A stretch of 64,000 nt of DNA, taken from positions 1,088,001 to 1,152,000 of the forward strand of contig CM000434.1 in NCBI GenBank assembly GCA_000165345.1, given 5' to 3'. Below, one piece after another: positions 11,112-22,681 of the stretch (the stretch's first letter is position 1; each line of letters begins with the position of its first letter). The position numbers were made by a program, and so were the translations under genes. Below the pieces are notes generated by a model. That model was not told the origin of the DNA, ran no database searches, and worked only from the letters and a program-made list of their open reading frames with translations.

Positions 11112-11657
11112 ATGAAGTTTAGCAAGGGTAAGTTTTGTGTATGATTAAATGGTGATTAGGAGGTGTTTAACTAAATTCCTTTCATAAACAGACGTAAGTT
11201 CATCTGCTTCTAAATGCAGAAAGAGCCACTTCGCTACCACATCAACTCAAAGAAGAGAGTTGATGGCTTCTCCTTTATCAAAGGAGCTCAGACAAAAGTA
11301 TAATGTAAGTTTTTTATATGGATTGTATTACTTTTTGAGTTTTGACTAACCAATTTCATTAATTAGGTCCGATCATTACCAATCAGAAAAGGTGACGAGG
11401 TTATGGTCATTAGAGGTTCCAACCATGACTACGAGGGAGTTGTTACTCGTGTCCACAGAAAGAAGTTTGTCATCAACGTTGAGAGAATCACCAGAAAGAA
11501 GACAAACGGAGAGTCTGTTCCAATTGGAATTCACCCATCAAATGTTGTCATCACTAAGCTAAAATTAAACAGAGACAGAAGGGAACTTCTTGCTCGCAAA
11601 AATCGCTCAACTAAGAAAGGAAAGTACACAAATGCTGATGCAGCAGATCTAGACTAG
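11112..11657 (+). CDS. RPL26: 60S ribosomal protein L26 (uL24); 3 exons
   Basis: Model join(11112..11127, 11192..11304, 11367..11657). Exon 1 is ATGAAGTTTAGCAAGG followed by GTAAGT at 11128. Exon 2 ([36 protein letters not shown]) aligns with the eukaryotic L26 N-terminus (...[29 protein letters not shown]). Intron 2 is GTAAGT at 11305, branch-like ACTAAC at 11345-11350, AG at 11365-11366. Exon 3 is [17 protein letters not shown]...[13 protein letters not shown]. Confidence 0.8.
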
Positions 11658-11870
11658 GTAAACAATATAGTTTCTTTTAGTGATAGTAAATTTTGAGTCG
11701 GTTTATGGGATTTATTGTCGTTTTTGTTTTCATTGTGAGTGTATTTTTGTCTTGTATCTTTCTTTCCGCACTCTGTCAAATTATTTGTTTGTTTTCTCTA
11801 TCTATTAACCATTGATATTAGTACTATTACTTGCTTGTTGTTTTTTACATTAATAAATGTCTGAATGGAC

Positions 11871-11892
11871 AGACCCGCCCAAATGTGGGCGC
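11871..11892. promoter_or_regulatory. inverted E2F-like pair cccgcccaaatgtgggcgcc upstream of RPS8
   Basis: The pair sits in the RPL26-RPS8 intergenic region, 230 bp upstream of the RPS8 ATG at 12123. Confidence 0.4.
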
Positions 11893-12122
11893 CTAATTAG
11901 AGACGGAATTTAATAGGTACCTATATATAAATTAATAAATAATAATAATCAAACTAGTAATAAATTGCATTTTTTTAAGAAAAAATTAAAGTAAAAAAAC
12001 TCTGTCTCTAAAAAAAATAAAAAAAATATTGCGCTAAGAAAACCAAGACTCGGCATAATAGAAATACTAAAGACAGATTTATCTCCATCTGTTGTAGGAA
12101 TAATATTTAGAAGAAATCCAGA

Positions 12123-12749
12123 ATGGGTATTAGCAGAGATAGCCGTCACAAGCATCGTGCCACTGGTGGCCGTATGCCAATAGTTGTTAAGAAGAGAAAG
12201 TATGAAATGGGTCGTCCAGCCTCAAATACTAAGCTCGGAGCCTCTCCAAGAGTTAGAGTTGTTCGTTGCAGAGGTGGCAACAAGAAGTTTAGAGCTCTTA
12301 GACTTGATAGTGGAAACTATTCATGGGGATCACAAGGTATTTCCAGAAAGGCACGTATTATGGAAGTTGTATACAATGCATCTAACAACGAGTTAGTTCG
12401 TACAAAGACTTTAGTTAAGAATGCAATTGTTGTTATTGATGCTACTCCATTTAGACAATTCTATTTACAAAGATATGGTGTTGAGTTAGGTAGACGTAAG
12501 AATGCTGACGAAAAGAGTGATGAAAAGGATGCTCAAAAGGCCAGTGGTCACTTGCTTGCAACTAGAAAGGCCAGATTGATGAACAATGTTATCGACCCAT
12601 TAGTTGAGGAGCAGTTCGGAATTGGTCGTCTTCTCGCTTGTGTTTCTTCTCGTCCAGGTCAATGTGGTAGATGCGATGGCTACATTCTTGAAGGTAAAGA
12701 ATTAGAGTTCTACAAGAAGAAGCTTGAAAAGAAGAAGGCAGCTAAGTAA
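12123..12749 (+). CDS. RPS8: 40S ribosomal protein S8 (eS8)
   Basis: Single exon with ATG at 12123. [39 protein letters not shown]... is the canonical RPS8 N-terminus; full length is about 208 aa. Confidence 0.85.
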   Translation: MGISRDSRHKHRATGGRMPIVVKKRKYEMGRPASNTKLGASPRVRVVRCRGGNKKFRALRLDSGNYSWGSQGISRKARIMEVVYNASNNELVRTKTLVKNAIVVIDATPFRQFYLQRYGVELGRRKNADEKSDEKDAQKASGHLLATRKARLMNNVIDPLVEEQFGIGRLLACVSSRPGQCGRCDGYILEGKELEFYKKKLEKKKAAK

Positions 12750-12962
12750 ATTTTGCAATAATGCCATTAGTTATTTAGTAGTTGATCAGATTTTCATAGT
12801 AAATTAAGTATTAATTCTTTTTTACAATTTGTAATTATGGTTTATTTCTTCGTTTTATTGATCGTTGTTTAAACTGTTATTTATGGTTTGTTGGATCTGA
12901 TTGTTGATTAATGTTATGTTTTTTCTCTATATATTCCATACTAATATTTCTCTTCTTCTAAT

Positions 12963-13841
12963 TTATTGATTTGAGTCTTGCTTACTAGTGGTTATTTCAG
13001 CATCGTTAGAGAGTTGTTCAAAACTGAAGTCTTGATTTTCAACAAGAGTTTTTTCTACTGGGTTATTTGGTTGGTCTTGCTTATTAGTTGGACTGGTTTC
13101 AAGCTCTTGTTCGGAAACTTGCTCTAACATTGTATCTGAGATTGAAGCATTATCTAAATTAGAATCAGAAGAATTAATCAATTTTGAAATAGCCTGTACG
13201 CTAATAGAGATTGATTCTTTTTCTGTTTCTGGAATGGCCTCTCTTTCCAAAGGTGATTCTTGGCCTTTATTCTGAATAAGCGTTTGAATTATTTCTTCTT
13301 GTGAAGATATTTCAGAGTTTCTTTCAACTTCAGAATTCAAGTTTAAAGTGAAATCCGTATTGCCAAGTTCTGACCCAGAAAAATTTTTAATAGAATCCTC
13401 TTTTTTAGAATCTTGGCTTAAAGAAGTATTAATTACTTCAACTTTTAATATATTTAATTCATTATCTTTTGAATCAAATTTTCCAAACTTTATATTATTA
13501 TTTTCATTTAATCCAGAATTTAAATTATCATTATTTGATTCATTTAAGTTGGGTTTTTTATTTGGCTTAGATTTCTTTTTGTTCTTTTTACCAGTTTTAT
13601 TAGTTTTCTTTGCATTACTAGGATTCAAAAGTTTGAGTTCTTTTTTATATCTAATTAGTGAAAGTTTGTTTTCTACATCCACCAATTCTGTATTATCGAT
13701 AATAATCTAATTATTCAAAGTTATTGATTAATATAATAAGAATTAGTTTATATATAATAAACTTACATTAAATGGGCAAACTTCATCTGGGGATGAATCA
13801 CAAACTTGTTTAATAAACTTTTTCCTTAATGAAGATGCCAT
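12963..13841 (-). CDS. hypothetical low-complexity K/N/S/E-rich protein; 2 exons
   Basis: Model join(complement(13767..13841), complement(12963..13706)). Exon 1 is ATG GCA TCT TCA...TTT AAT (MASSLRKKFIKQVCDSSPDEVCPFN), then GTAAGT (plus-strand acttac at 13761-13766). The acceptor is aattag at plus 13707-13712. Exon 2 is IIIDNTELVDVENKLSLIRYKKELKLLNPSNAKKTNKTGKKNKKKSKPNKKPN... followed by an N/S/E-rich tail. No recognisable domain. Confidence 0.45.
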
Positions 13842-13861
13842 TGGTGTAAGGCCTATATTAA

Positions 13862-15243
13862 TCAAAAGATTGATCGCTTATTAATATGTTTTCTTTTTTT
13901 TAGAATTATAAACCGACCTGATAAATGTGCAATCCAGTCTCCACTTCTCCAATGCCAAAGTAAGTTATCTTTTCTAAAATGTGTAGAACTTCTCCTCACC
14001 GAATTCATGACTCTTGGTGAAACTACTGTAATGTTATCGCTTGAGTAAATAATTCCATTTAGATCTAAATTATTTTGCATTACAAATGTGCAATACTTGA
14101 GTATCTTTTCAGCTTCGATTTCATTTTTATCTTTTACAAGTATATTGGTTAATAATGGTTGATCTTTCAAACCTTGAAAAAAAAATAGAGAAAGAAAATA
14201 TTAAATGGAGTGAATGTAGATACTGATTATTATTATTTCAAATGATTCTTATTACATACCTTTAGCATTCCAGTGATTCTCTCCATTATATAACAAACTA
14301 TTTCTATAAGCCTTTGAATATAAATGAGTATAATGTCAAAAATAACCAAACTATTACTTTTCTCATTCCATTAAACTATTACTGGTCATTCAAAACTTAC
14401 CTGTTTAATTAATACTTGGAAAACTAATTGAAGAGAAAATAAGGAATTTTTGAATAGCATTATTCCATTATTTATTGGATATCTCTCATCAAAACACTTA
14501 GTATCAGCTGAAATAATTAAAGCAGTGCTAGCTAAAGTATACTTTTCAATAATATCTTCAACTTTGACTTGATAATTTGTAAACATTGCATCCAAATCCA
14601 TATACAATACCCAATCAATACTTTTTAGATTTACGATTTTTTTATTATATGTTACTAATTCTTGATTTGTGAATAACTTCCAAATTGCTAAATATCTCCA
14701 ATAATGAGGAAAAGCACACTCTTGTTCTAATTGAAGTTAATGTAAGCTTAGATACTGCATTTAAACATACCTTGAGTTTTATTTGAACTATTATCTTTAG
14801 ATTCATCTTGTCTAATTTTTTGAGAAAAAAAAATTCAAATTTGTCATTAAAAAGAGTATTAAAACTTACTTTTTAGTCTTTTTGCAAAAGAAGTGTAGAT
14901 AACAATATTTTTGTTTTCTTGAATACTCGATTCTGTTTCTTTCTAGCTCTACTAATGTGTTAAAATCCTCATCTCCTGCAGTCAAAATGACTATTCTACA
15001 TTGAATTTGCTTTGTTTCAGTAGTTCCCAATTCAAACTCATCATCCTCATTGTTCTCTTGATCATAATACAATGTGTTAAATAAGTATCTATCATTATTC
15101 CTTGTCCATTCTGGCATCCAATCTTGCAAATATGAAAATTTGAAATAGTTTTCATCGCCATTAATTTTTGAAACTGTTGCTTGATTGAATGAAATACCTA
15201 CAAAACTCAAAATATAAAATACTTTTAAAATTGTTTGAACCAT
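13862..15243 (-). CDS. secreted glycosyltransferase, GT34-like (GMA12/MNN10 alpha-galactosyl/mannosyltransferase family); about 5 exons
   Basis: Model on minus strand: 15243..14870, 14801..14761, 14726..14401, 14311..14260, 14172..13862. All donors are GTAAGT or GTATGT (plus-strand acttac/acatac) and all acceptors are AG; phases were checked (exon 1 ends phase 2, exon 2 phase 1, exon 3 phase 0, exon 4 phase 1). Exon 1 has a signal peptide (MVQTILKVFYILSFVGISF). Exon 3 has KSIDWVLYMDLDAMF (the DxD of the GT34 motif WxDxDA) and NNGIMLFKNS. Exon 5 has WRSGDWIAHLSG (a GD..VHF.G-like motif). Confidence 0.5.
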
Positions 15244-15510
15244 CTGACCAATTTCTCAGTTCAATTGGGCTTTTAAAAATGAATATAACTGTCATATGGT
15301 ACTTCTACTTCCAAGCAAGTTTTAATTTCGCTCTTAATTATATTACTTATTAATCATTCTCATCAAAAACTAAATTTTTTCTTATTGATGTAAATGTATA
15401 ATTTTTTTATTGTTATCTAAAAATATAAAGTCAGTATTTATTTTTTTTAGACTGGCACATGCAATTCCACGTAATATGCTTACGTCATTGCTATTTTTGT
15501 ATGAGGATGT

Positions 15511-15526
15511 GCATGCGCGCATGCAT
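15511..15526. promoter_or_regulatory. GCATGC-GCGC-GCATGC palindromic element upstream of the GT34 gene
   Basis: gcatgcgcgcatgcat lies about 270 bp upstream of the minus-strand ATG at 15243. The GCATGC motif recurs in many upstream regions of this window. Confidence 0.35.
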
Positions 15527-15701
15527 TTGCAAGTAATACCGGTATATGCATAAGTGCTTGTCCACATTAAGACTTTTTTTTTAATTTAAATTAAATTATT
15601 ACATTAAAATAGAATAAAAACTCAGTTAAATTAAAAATAATTTTTCTTAAATTAATAAAAAGTAATCTATCAACTAAAACTACTAAGAATTTTGGTGAAT
15701 A

Positions 15702-18700
15702 TTATTCTGGAGGAGTGTGATATTTGAATACAAATTGGCCAGAAACTTTTGTAGTGGACTGTCTATTACTATCTAAAATGAGGAAATCATCTCCTTCAAC
15801 AGAATCTATTATTCCAGTAAAAACTCCAGTTTGAGGGGAAACAGAAATAGAATTTTCACCAGGAACAGGCTTATTTGGAGTAATGCTTTGAGGAGCAATT
15901 GCAATCATTTCATCAGGACATATTTGACCGTTAATTATCAAAATAATATAGCAAGTTACTTGAGGAACTTCAGGTGGGAATAAAATATCTGATATAATTC
16001 CTTTTTGATTAAAGAATTCGCCTTGGGAAATTACTGTTACCTCCACCCCTCTCCTACAAAATAGAGGATGATTGTTAGAGTTCTCGTCAGTATGGCCCGA
16101 ATTTTGCTGAGAAAGCTCCTTTCCACCTGTCCAATTTGGTTGCTTTACTTGAGACGCAGGTTGGGTGTTCATTTGCCTGGCCTGACCACCAAAGCTGGAA
16201 GCTTGACCACTTCCAATTGTAGCGCCAACAAGAACTATATCTTCTCTGCGAAGAAGAACTGTGTGTGGTCCAATGTCAAGAAGGACTTCAACATTATTAC
16301 CTTTAAATCCACGTATGGAGCCAAGGAGAGCCTTATGTTTGCCTCTAAGTATTCTAACCTTTTGATTAATAAAGGCATCATCTGGTCCGCCTCTTCTGTT
16401 GGAATGCAAGCCCATACCATAAACTCTTCCGTAACCTCCACCTGAATTCCCACCTCCAGAGTTGCCCTTCTTTGGCCCATTTGTGGGTTTTGTAGCAGCA
16501 TCCATTCGGCTGCTCTCAGCTGTCTTTAATGTCAAAAGTTGCCGTCCTTCGCAAGTAAAGTATCCACCATCATCAAGCTTAGATGGTAATTTGATAAAGC
16601 AAGTGGATTTCCAGATATGCTCAACTTTGCCAGATTTTCCAGAGTTTGCGCCTTCTAAGATTTGAACTGTCGATTTTACTCCAAAAATATTACCGTTATG
16701 ATCAGGAATACGATGCATGAGAGAAGTATTTCTTTTTGATGAAATTTCGGATGACTTAATTGTGATGCTTTCTCCTGTGCTAGTTAACAATCTCAGATTC
16801 TTATTCCTTCCTACAAATACTATAACTCCAACTTTACCATTATAAAGTTGTACCAAGTCATCAAGAGAAAAACCATCCACTGTTGAAAGTCCACTAGTAA
16901 CTACAACATCTTGAGAAACTTTTTTAAGAAAATTGGTTGGGCATCTTATTGGTTGGGCTCCATTTAATGGATAAATTATAGCAACTGTATAATTTTGGTC
17001 AAAGCTTGTAACTAACCCAGATTCGCCCTCATTTACGCCTTCAACAATTTGAACAGAGTCTCCGATATCGAATGATTTACAAACAAGATCAACCTGAGTG
17101 AGAATTGGTTCAGTGATTCCCAATGATTTGTCTATTGGCAAAACTTCCAAAGATTTATTAATTCCAGAGTTTACTGCTACTACCTTGGCCTTAATTCCTA
17201 TCAGCTCACCTCTTGTTATCGTAACAGTATCTCCAACAAAGAAAGAGGTGGATTTCTGTGTTTTAAGAAGAGTTTTTGAATCAATATTCACCTCTGATAA
17301 ATCAGATACGCCAAAGAACCTCTTGATCTCCTCAATTGTTGGTTGAACTGCATCCCCAACAACTAAACGGTTTGCCTTCATTTTCTTCAGAAGATATCCT
17401 TTTTCCTGTTCAAAAAGCTGGTTTGCAAATTTCACTGTTCCACGTAAGTGAGTGAGTTCAACTACTCCACCAAGTGATTCAACTTTATCTCTATCAAATA
17501 GTTTTGCTGGTGGTCTGATTCTGGATTTGGAAAAGCTAACGTCTTGAGAATTCTGGGATTTTCTTATAAGTGCAGGAACATCCAATCTAGGTACAAGCCG
17601 CAAAATCACATTAGCTTCATGTTCATCAACCTCGTAAATTTGAGCTAAATCGCCTCCATAAATCCCACTTCTAACTCTAACCCAACTCTCACGCATCAAC
17701 TGCTCCTTTTCCTGCATATCCACAGAAAATACTCGAGTCATTTCTTTAACTGGAATAATTTTTATAGAAGAAAGGCGAACTCCCGTAAAACCCTGAAGTG
17801 CTTCATTAACAAAATTTGGTGCTTCTGCCTCCACGTATATATAACCTCTATAACTTGAAGCAACATATGCGGATAAAATTGGCAATTCTTTGCCTTGTTT
17901 TTGGCATTCTGCTGCTTTTTGAACTAAAGCAATACAAATATCCTTTTCAAGCCCAGCGCGGTCAACTTTAACAAGCCATAATTTTGGGTCTCTTGAAGTT
18001 GGAAGTACATCGCAAGCCTGTACAGAACTTGTTACCTCAGAACTACCAAATTCTGTCTCCCGCTCAGCTTCACTTACTTCTCCACCTTCTTTTTGCTCAT
18101 ATCTACGCTCAAGTTGTGCAATTGCTTCTTCTAAATGGCCAGCACCCCCTAAGTGCCTTCTACCCATGTTCTCATCACGTTCAAGATCAGCTCTTCGTCT
18201 GGCTCCAATTTCAGCTGCATTTGAAGCATATTCCGACTCTTCATGATAAATATCCTCATAATATTCACCCTCATCTTCTTCATCATCCTCACCAACCAGA
18301 GCCTCAACATCTAAAAATGCATTCACATTATTATACGAACGTTTCTTGGAGCTTTTCTTCTTTCCACTATTACTACTACGTTTTGAATGCTTTAATGAGG
18401 AAACACTCCTATCCCTCCCTTCTGAACTTTTTTTCCTCTTCTTTGGTGGAGAGTCGTTATCAGAGTCTTCTGAATCTATTTCATCGTCCTGTGATTCTTC
18501 TTCTTCTTCTTCTTCTTCTTCTTCCTCTTCCTCCTCATCCTCCGATCTTTGTGGTAATTCTTCTTCCGATGATATTATCTATTTGGTAAAGGATTCAAGT
18601 TAAACAAGTTATTTAAAGATCAATTTAAAACAAACTATACATATTAGTAATATGGTATTACAGAACTATTATCAAAGTAAGGGGCTGTTGATCATTTTCC

Positions 18701-18789
18701 TAGATCTCCAGCACAGTCTATAAAACCATATTTATGTATAAGATTTAATTAAAACTTACTGGTTGTTCATCCTCCTCAAACTTTGACAT
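15702..18789 (-). CDS. SPT5: transcription elongation factor SPT5 (NGN domain plus multiple KOW motifs); 2 exons
   Basis: Model join(complement(18760..18789), complement(15702..18578)). Exon 1 is ATGTCAAAGTTTGAGGAGGATGAACAACCA, then GTAAGT (plus acttac at 18754-18759). The acceptor is ccaaatAG at plus 18579-18580. Exon 2 opens IISSEEELPQRSEDEEEEEEE... (poly-Glu from the (TTC)n tract on plus), then ...PKLWLVKVDRAGLEKDICIALVQKA (NGN). KOW-like segments include FSVGDTVTITRGELIGIKAKVVAV and VRILRGKHKALLGSIRGFKGNNVEVLLD, followed by a Gly-rich C-terminal region. The ORF-track start at 18326 is an internal GTG. Confidence 0.65.
18496..18540. repeat. (TTC)n/(CTC)n trinucleotide microsatellite inside the SPT5 coding region (encodes poly-Glu on the minus strand)
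   Basis: ttcttcttcttcttcttcttcttcttcctcttcctcctcatcc is in frame with the SPT5 N-terminal acidic region. Confidence 0.8.
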
Positions 18790-19042
18790 CACAGAAAATG
18801 TGTTAAAGCCACAAAAAATTTAAAACTCTAATATAATAATAGATTGGCCTTTCCCGTAATAAATTTTTAGACTGAAGTTATGCTGGATATCGAAAACTCT
18901 ATTACTCAGCTATTATCCAAGGCCTTCAAATTTGCCGATATATTATAATCCGCAAATTCTTTATAATATATTTTTTTTTATATAAATATATTTAATAAAT
19001 AAAATGCGCTAAAATTTTCTGAAGCTACTCAATTAATGGGAC

Positions 19043-19080
<38 letters not shown>

Positions 19081-20800
19081 ATATGCAAGTACCTTTACCG
19101 TTTATTTTAATTCTATTACAACCACTACTGCTGCCATTAATATTAATACTATTAGCCTCAACAATCCATTGAATGGTACTACAACTCCTCATAAAAAAAG
19201 TCGCTAATAAAGAAGCAAAAAACTACTACTACGTACAAATTTTTGTAAAGTTATCTACTCATTAGCTACTTCCCCACTCCAATGAACATGTAAACGGTAT
19301 ATTTGAATGTAAATCTAACAGAAATTGTCATTCAAATTATCGTTGCCCGATTGTTAATTTGTATTTCAACTAAATTGTGAACGCCATTTTGGCCTCGAAA
19401 TATATAAAAAAAAAAGGTACCTAATATTCTGTTTAAATAAATGAAAGAAACAGGTACCAACTACCACCATCTCTAGTGGAATTCGTCTTCCCACACGTCA
19501 TTTAGCCTGCCCCAAATCATTGTATATTCTAGGAAAGTCTGAGATATGGCTATTTTTTCTCTTCCTCCTCTTCTCTCCCCCTTCCCCTGTAAATATTGAC
19601 GCTACTATAACTACTTTACTACTATTATTACTATCTTCTCTCTCCTAATCTACCTAAAATTATGCCTATTATCAAATTCTAACTAGCTTTAAAATTATAA
19701 ATTGTATGGTTGCTTCCACTACTCGGCGCCACTAATCACGAAATACATTAATGATTCAGTTCATATGGATCTTCTTACTCCCTCCTCGTTTTTGTATTGT
19801 TTTTATGAAGAATCCTTAATAACTTTTTGTCAATAACCATTATGAATTGATTTGATTTATTATTATTATGAATACCAAGCTTAAGCTCGGCATTTGAAAG
19901 AAAAAATACTTGTATACTGAAAAATCTATTTCCATAGAGAATAGTTCAATTATAATAAAAAAGAGAAATCCCAATATAAATATCTCTTGTTAAAATCTCC
20001 TTTCCATTAAAGAAAAACTTTAGGGTTGAAGAAATATTTAACCAATTTTGAAGTAAATGATTATTAGATCTAACTTATTCCATAAATATTGCAAACAATG
20101 ATGGCCACTAATTCTTATATTCTTTTCCATCAATATATTGATTCTCATACTTTAAGAATTTAAATAAATAATTATAGGGGAAAAAAATAATGGCCAAAAT
20201 TCCATAAATTCTGTCAAACTGAAAGTTATTAATTAAACATTATCCAAAAGTCTCTCACTACTCTGTTATTATAATGGTCCATTAACCAAAATGCTGATTA
20301 TTTCTTGTTATAATCCTTAAATTTCTCAAAATATGTAATTTATAGATTTCCATTTACATTACCCATATACCTGTAAAATAATATTATTCACCCAAAACTA
20401 ATAAATATAATCTTATAATTATCTGAAATATTATCTACCAAAGTTTCATGTTGATATTATTACGATTATTTCGCCTATCCATTATTTATTTAATTACAAT
20501 TTTAGCATTTATGATTATTAAAATGAGACATTTGACATGCATAGGAAGGCGCCATCTTTTTGCTGCATGATTGAAGGTTGATTTTTAATATAACCCAGTA
20601 TCGAAATAAATTGGAGTAGCCAAGATAGGAAATCTTGAGGCTTTAACATAATTACTATAAATAGCAATTATTAATTTTATAAATTTTGTTTTTTAATCTC
20701 AAGGAATTGATTTTTATTCTTTGATTTTGAGCTGCGACATTAAAATATTTTGTTTTGTGGTAAATTTGGAAATCTAACAATTGGATTTCCAGAAAATTCT

Positions 20801-22381
20801 ATGCGTGCATCATCTGAAACTAATAAAGGTGAAGGTTCAAAGGATGAAAGTAGTGGAATTCAAAATAATTGGGGAAGAACAATTCTTTCGGAAGCAACTT
20901 CAAAAGGTCCAGTATTATTTTCTGGTACAGATTGGGTAGTAGTGCCCATGGAATCGCTTTCTCCAGAAAGAAGAGCAATAATTCACCCAATAAGTCAAAG
21001 GCTTGCTGGAGTAGAGAATACAGCTCTTGTTGATGGATTATTTGGAAGAATTTGGGAATTCCCTAAGTGCGAGAATGTTAGAGAACGAAAAGTAACTAGA
21101 GGTGACCAGTTTGTTGGAGATTCAAGAATTGATTTTCAGTGGAATAAAACTGAGAGAACTTTGTGTAGAGTGTGTGGCAAACACATATTAAAACAGAAAT
21201 TTGCAACAGAGCACTACCAAAGATCTCCAACGTGTTGGAGGCTTGTAATGAGGCATATTGGAATCCTGGATTTTGACTCAAATCAAAATACAAATATGCA
21301 TTTGTCATACAAAACTGAAGATGGAGGATTTAATTCTCCCCAGAAATCGATGTTAGAGAAGAGGATAGGTCCTGTCTTCTCTAGAAATATTAATGGAGAG
21401 AAAAGTGATGGTACCTATCTTTCAAGCTCAAATCATGAAACAGAAGGTAAAAATTCTGTATTCATTGAAAGTCTTGCTCAAGATGGCTTTAACACAAGCA
21501 ATATGATTCCAACTTCAAATGTCGAATATATTCTCCAGAATAAAATAATGAACTTATTCAGAGCTGCAACCAAACATGTTTACGAAGAACTCATTCAGTT
21601 TAAGGGCTCCAATACGCAAATCAATATTCACCCATCATTTAACACTCCTAACCCTGGAAATGGATCTAAATTTGACTCTTCCATTGTAGAAAATGTGATG
21701 AGTGAACCAAAAGGAGACGACTCCACAAATAATATAAGTAATCCAGAAGAACCCTTTTTACTTATATCTTCTGTGCTCCCAAATATATTCCCATCAATTA
21801 GCCACAGACCACTTCCAGTGAATGTTTGTTATATCAAACTCACCTTTAATTGGCCAGGAGCTAGACTTGTAAGGGATTTATGGGCACTTGATTGTGAATT
21901 ACTTGTTGATTGGGGAGATGGTGTGCTCACCCAAGCAAGAAGATTCACTCTTAAAGAATTAGGAGAGCCTCCTGAATCTGATAATGAAATGAGAAATATT
22001 TACTCTCAAGGATTTGCATATCTCAAATGCTTTGTTCCTCATAAACCACCTGGCAGAGCTGATTTGAAAATTCGTATTCCTAAATCACTCTGGGAATATT
22101 GGGAAGCATTTGCCAATGACAAAAACAATACCGTAACTTTCCATACTCCAGAAATGTTTGCTTCTGAGATTCCTCAGAACTTCCCCATAGAAACTAATCC
22201 TGAAGCGACTTTGCCCAATATTAATATAAATTGGGATATTAAATCTCGTAGGGATGAGACCGCAAACCAAAGGTCACACCCTTATTCTCCTACTGTATCT
22301 CATATACATTCTCCGACTTCATCTTCAAGGTCTATTGGAAATAACGCGAATATGAACCCACCTAAATCACCTTCCACGTGA
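20801..22381 (+). CDS. hypothetical protein
   Basis: ORF 20750..22381 starts on TTG; the first ATG is at 20801 (MRASSETNKGEG...). It is 526 aa with no recognisable conserved motifs apart from a Cys/His patch (CRVCGKHILKQKFATEHYQRSPTC). Confidence 0.45.
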   Translation: MRASSETNKGEGSKDESSGIQNNWGRTILSEATSKGPVLFSGTDWVVVPMESLSPERRAIIHPISQRLAGVENTALVDGLFGRIWEFPKCENVRERKVTRGDQFVGDSRIDFQWNKTERTLCRVCGKHILKQKFATEHYQRSPTCWRLVMRHIGILDFDSNQNTNMHLSYKTEDGGFNSPQKSMLEKRIGPVFSRNINGEKSDGTYLSSSNHETEGKNSVFIESLAQDGFNTSNMIPTSNVEYILQNKIMNLFRAATKHVYEELIQFKGSNTQINIHPSFNTPNPGNGSKFDSSIVENVMSEPKGDDSTNNISNPEEPFLLISSVLPNIFPSISHRPLPVNVCYIKLTFNWPGARLVRDLWALDCELLVDWGDGVLTQARRFTLKELGEPPESDNEMRNIYSQGFAYLKCFVPHKPPGRADLKIRIPKSLWEYWEAFANDKNNTVTFHTPEMFASEIPQNFPIETNPEATLPNININWDIKSRRDETANQRSHPYSPTVSHIHSPTSSSRSIGNNANMNPPKSPST

Positions 22382-22681
22382 TTAGCCATAGATTTAATTT
22401 TTAATTTTGAATTTGATTAAAACTCCTAATTATCTATTTCCATCCTAAAACTACTAATTTTAATATTTTTATTTTCGTAATTTTAACTATTATCACTATC
22501 CACATGTAATTATATGCACACGTAAATATACCGGTATTTATTTGTTTGCAAGAATTTGCAAATTTGCATGTGGATAAAATTAACTCGCAACCTTGCATGT
22601 AACGCCGGTATAATATATAAAGGGAAAATAAAATAAATTACAGAAAACAAAAATCTTAATTTCTAACATTAATTGATTCTA

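Noticed and set aside
13348-13710. Plus-strand 120-aa ORF overlapping the K/N/S-rich gene
   Set aside because: It is antisense to a low-complexity coding region. The composition-driven open frame is not supported by any motif.
16068-17346. Small ORFs on both strands inside SPT5 (16068..16445, 16235..16501, 16462..16665, 17098..17346)
   Set aside because: They overlap the conserved SPT5 reading frame. Spurious.
18496-18540. Regular ttc repeats as a possible CRISPR or satellite array
   Set aside because: It is a simple trinucleotide microsatellite in frame within the SPT5 acidic region, not a repeat-spacer array.
18346-18603. ORF-track plus-strand ORF encoding a poly-Ser protein (…SSSSSSSSSSSSS…)
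   Set aside because: It is the antisense reading of the SPT5 poly-Glu (TTC)n region. Spurious.
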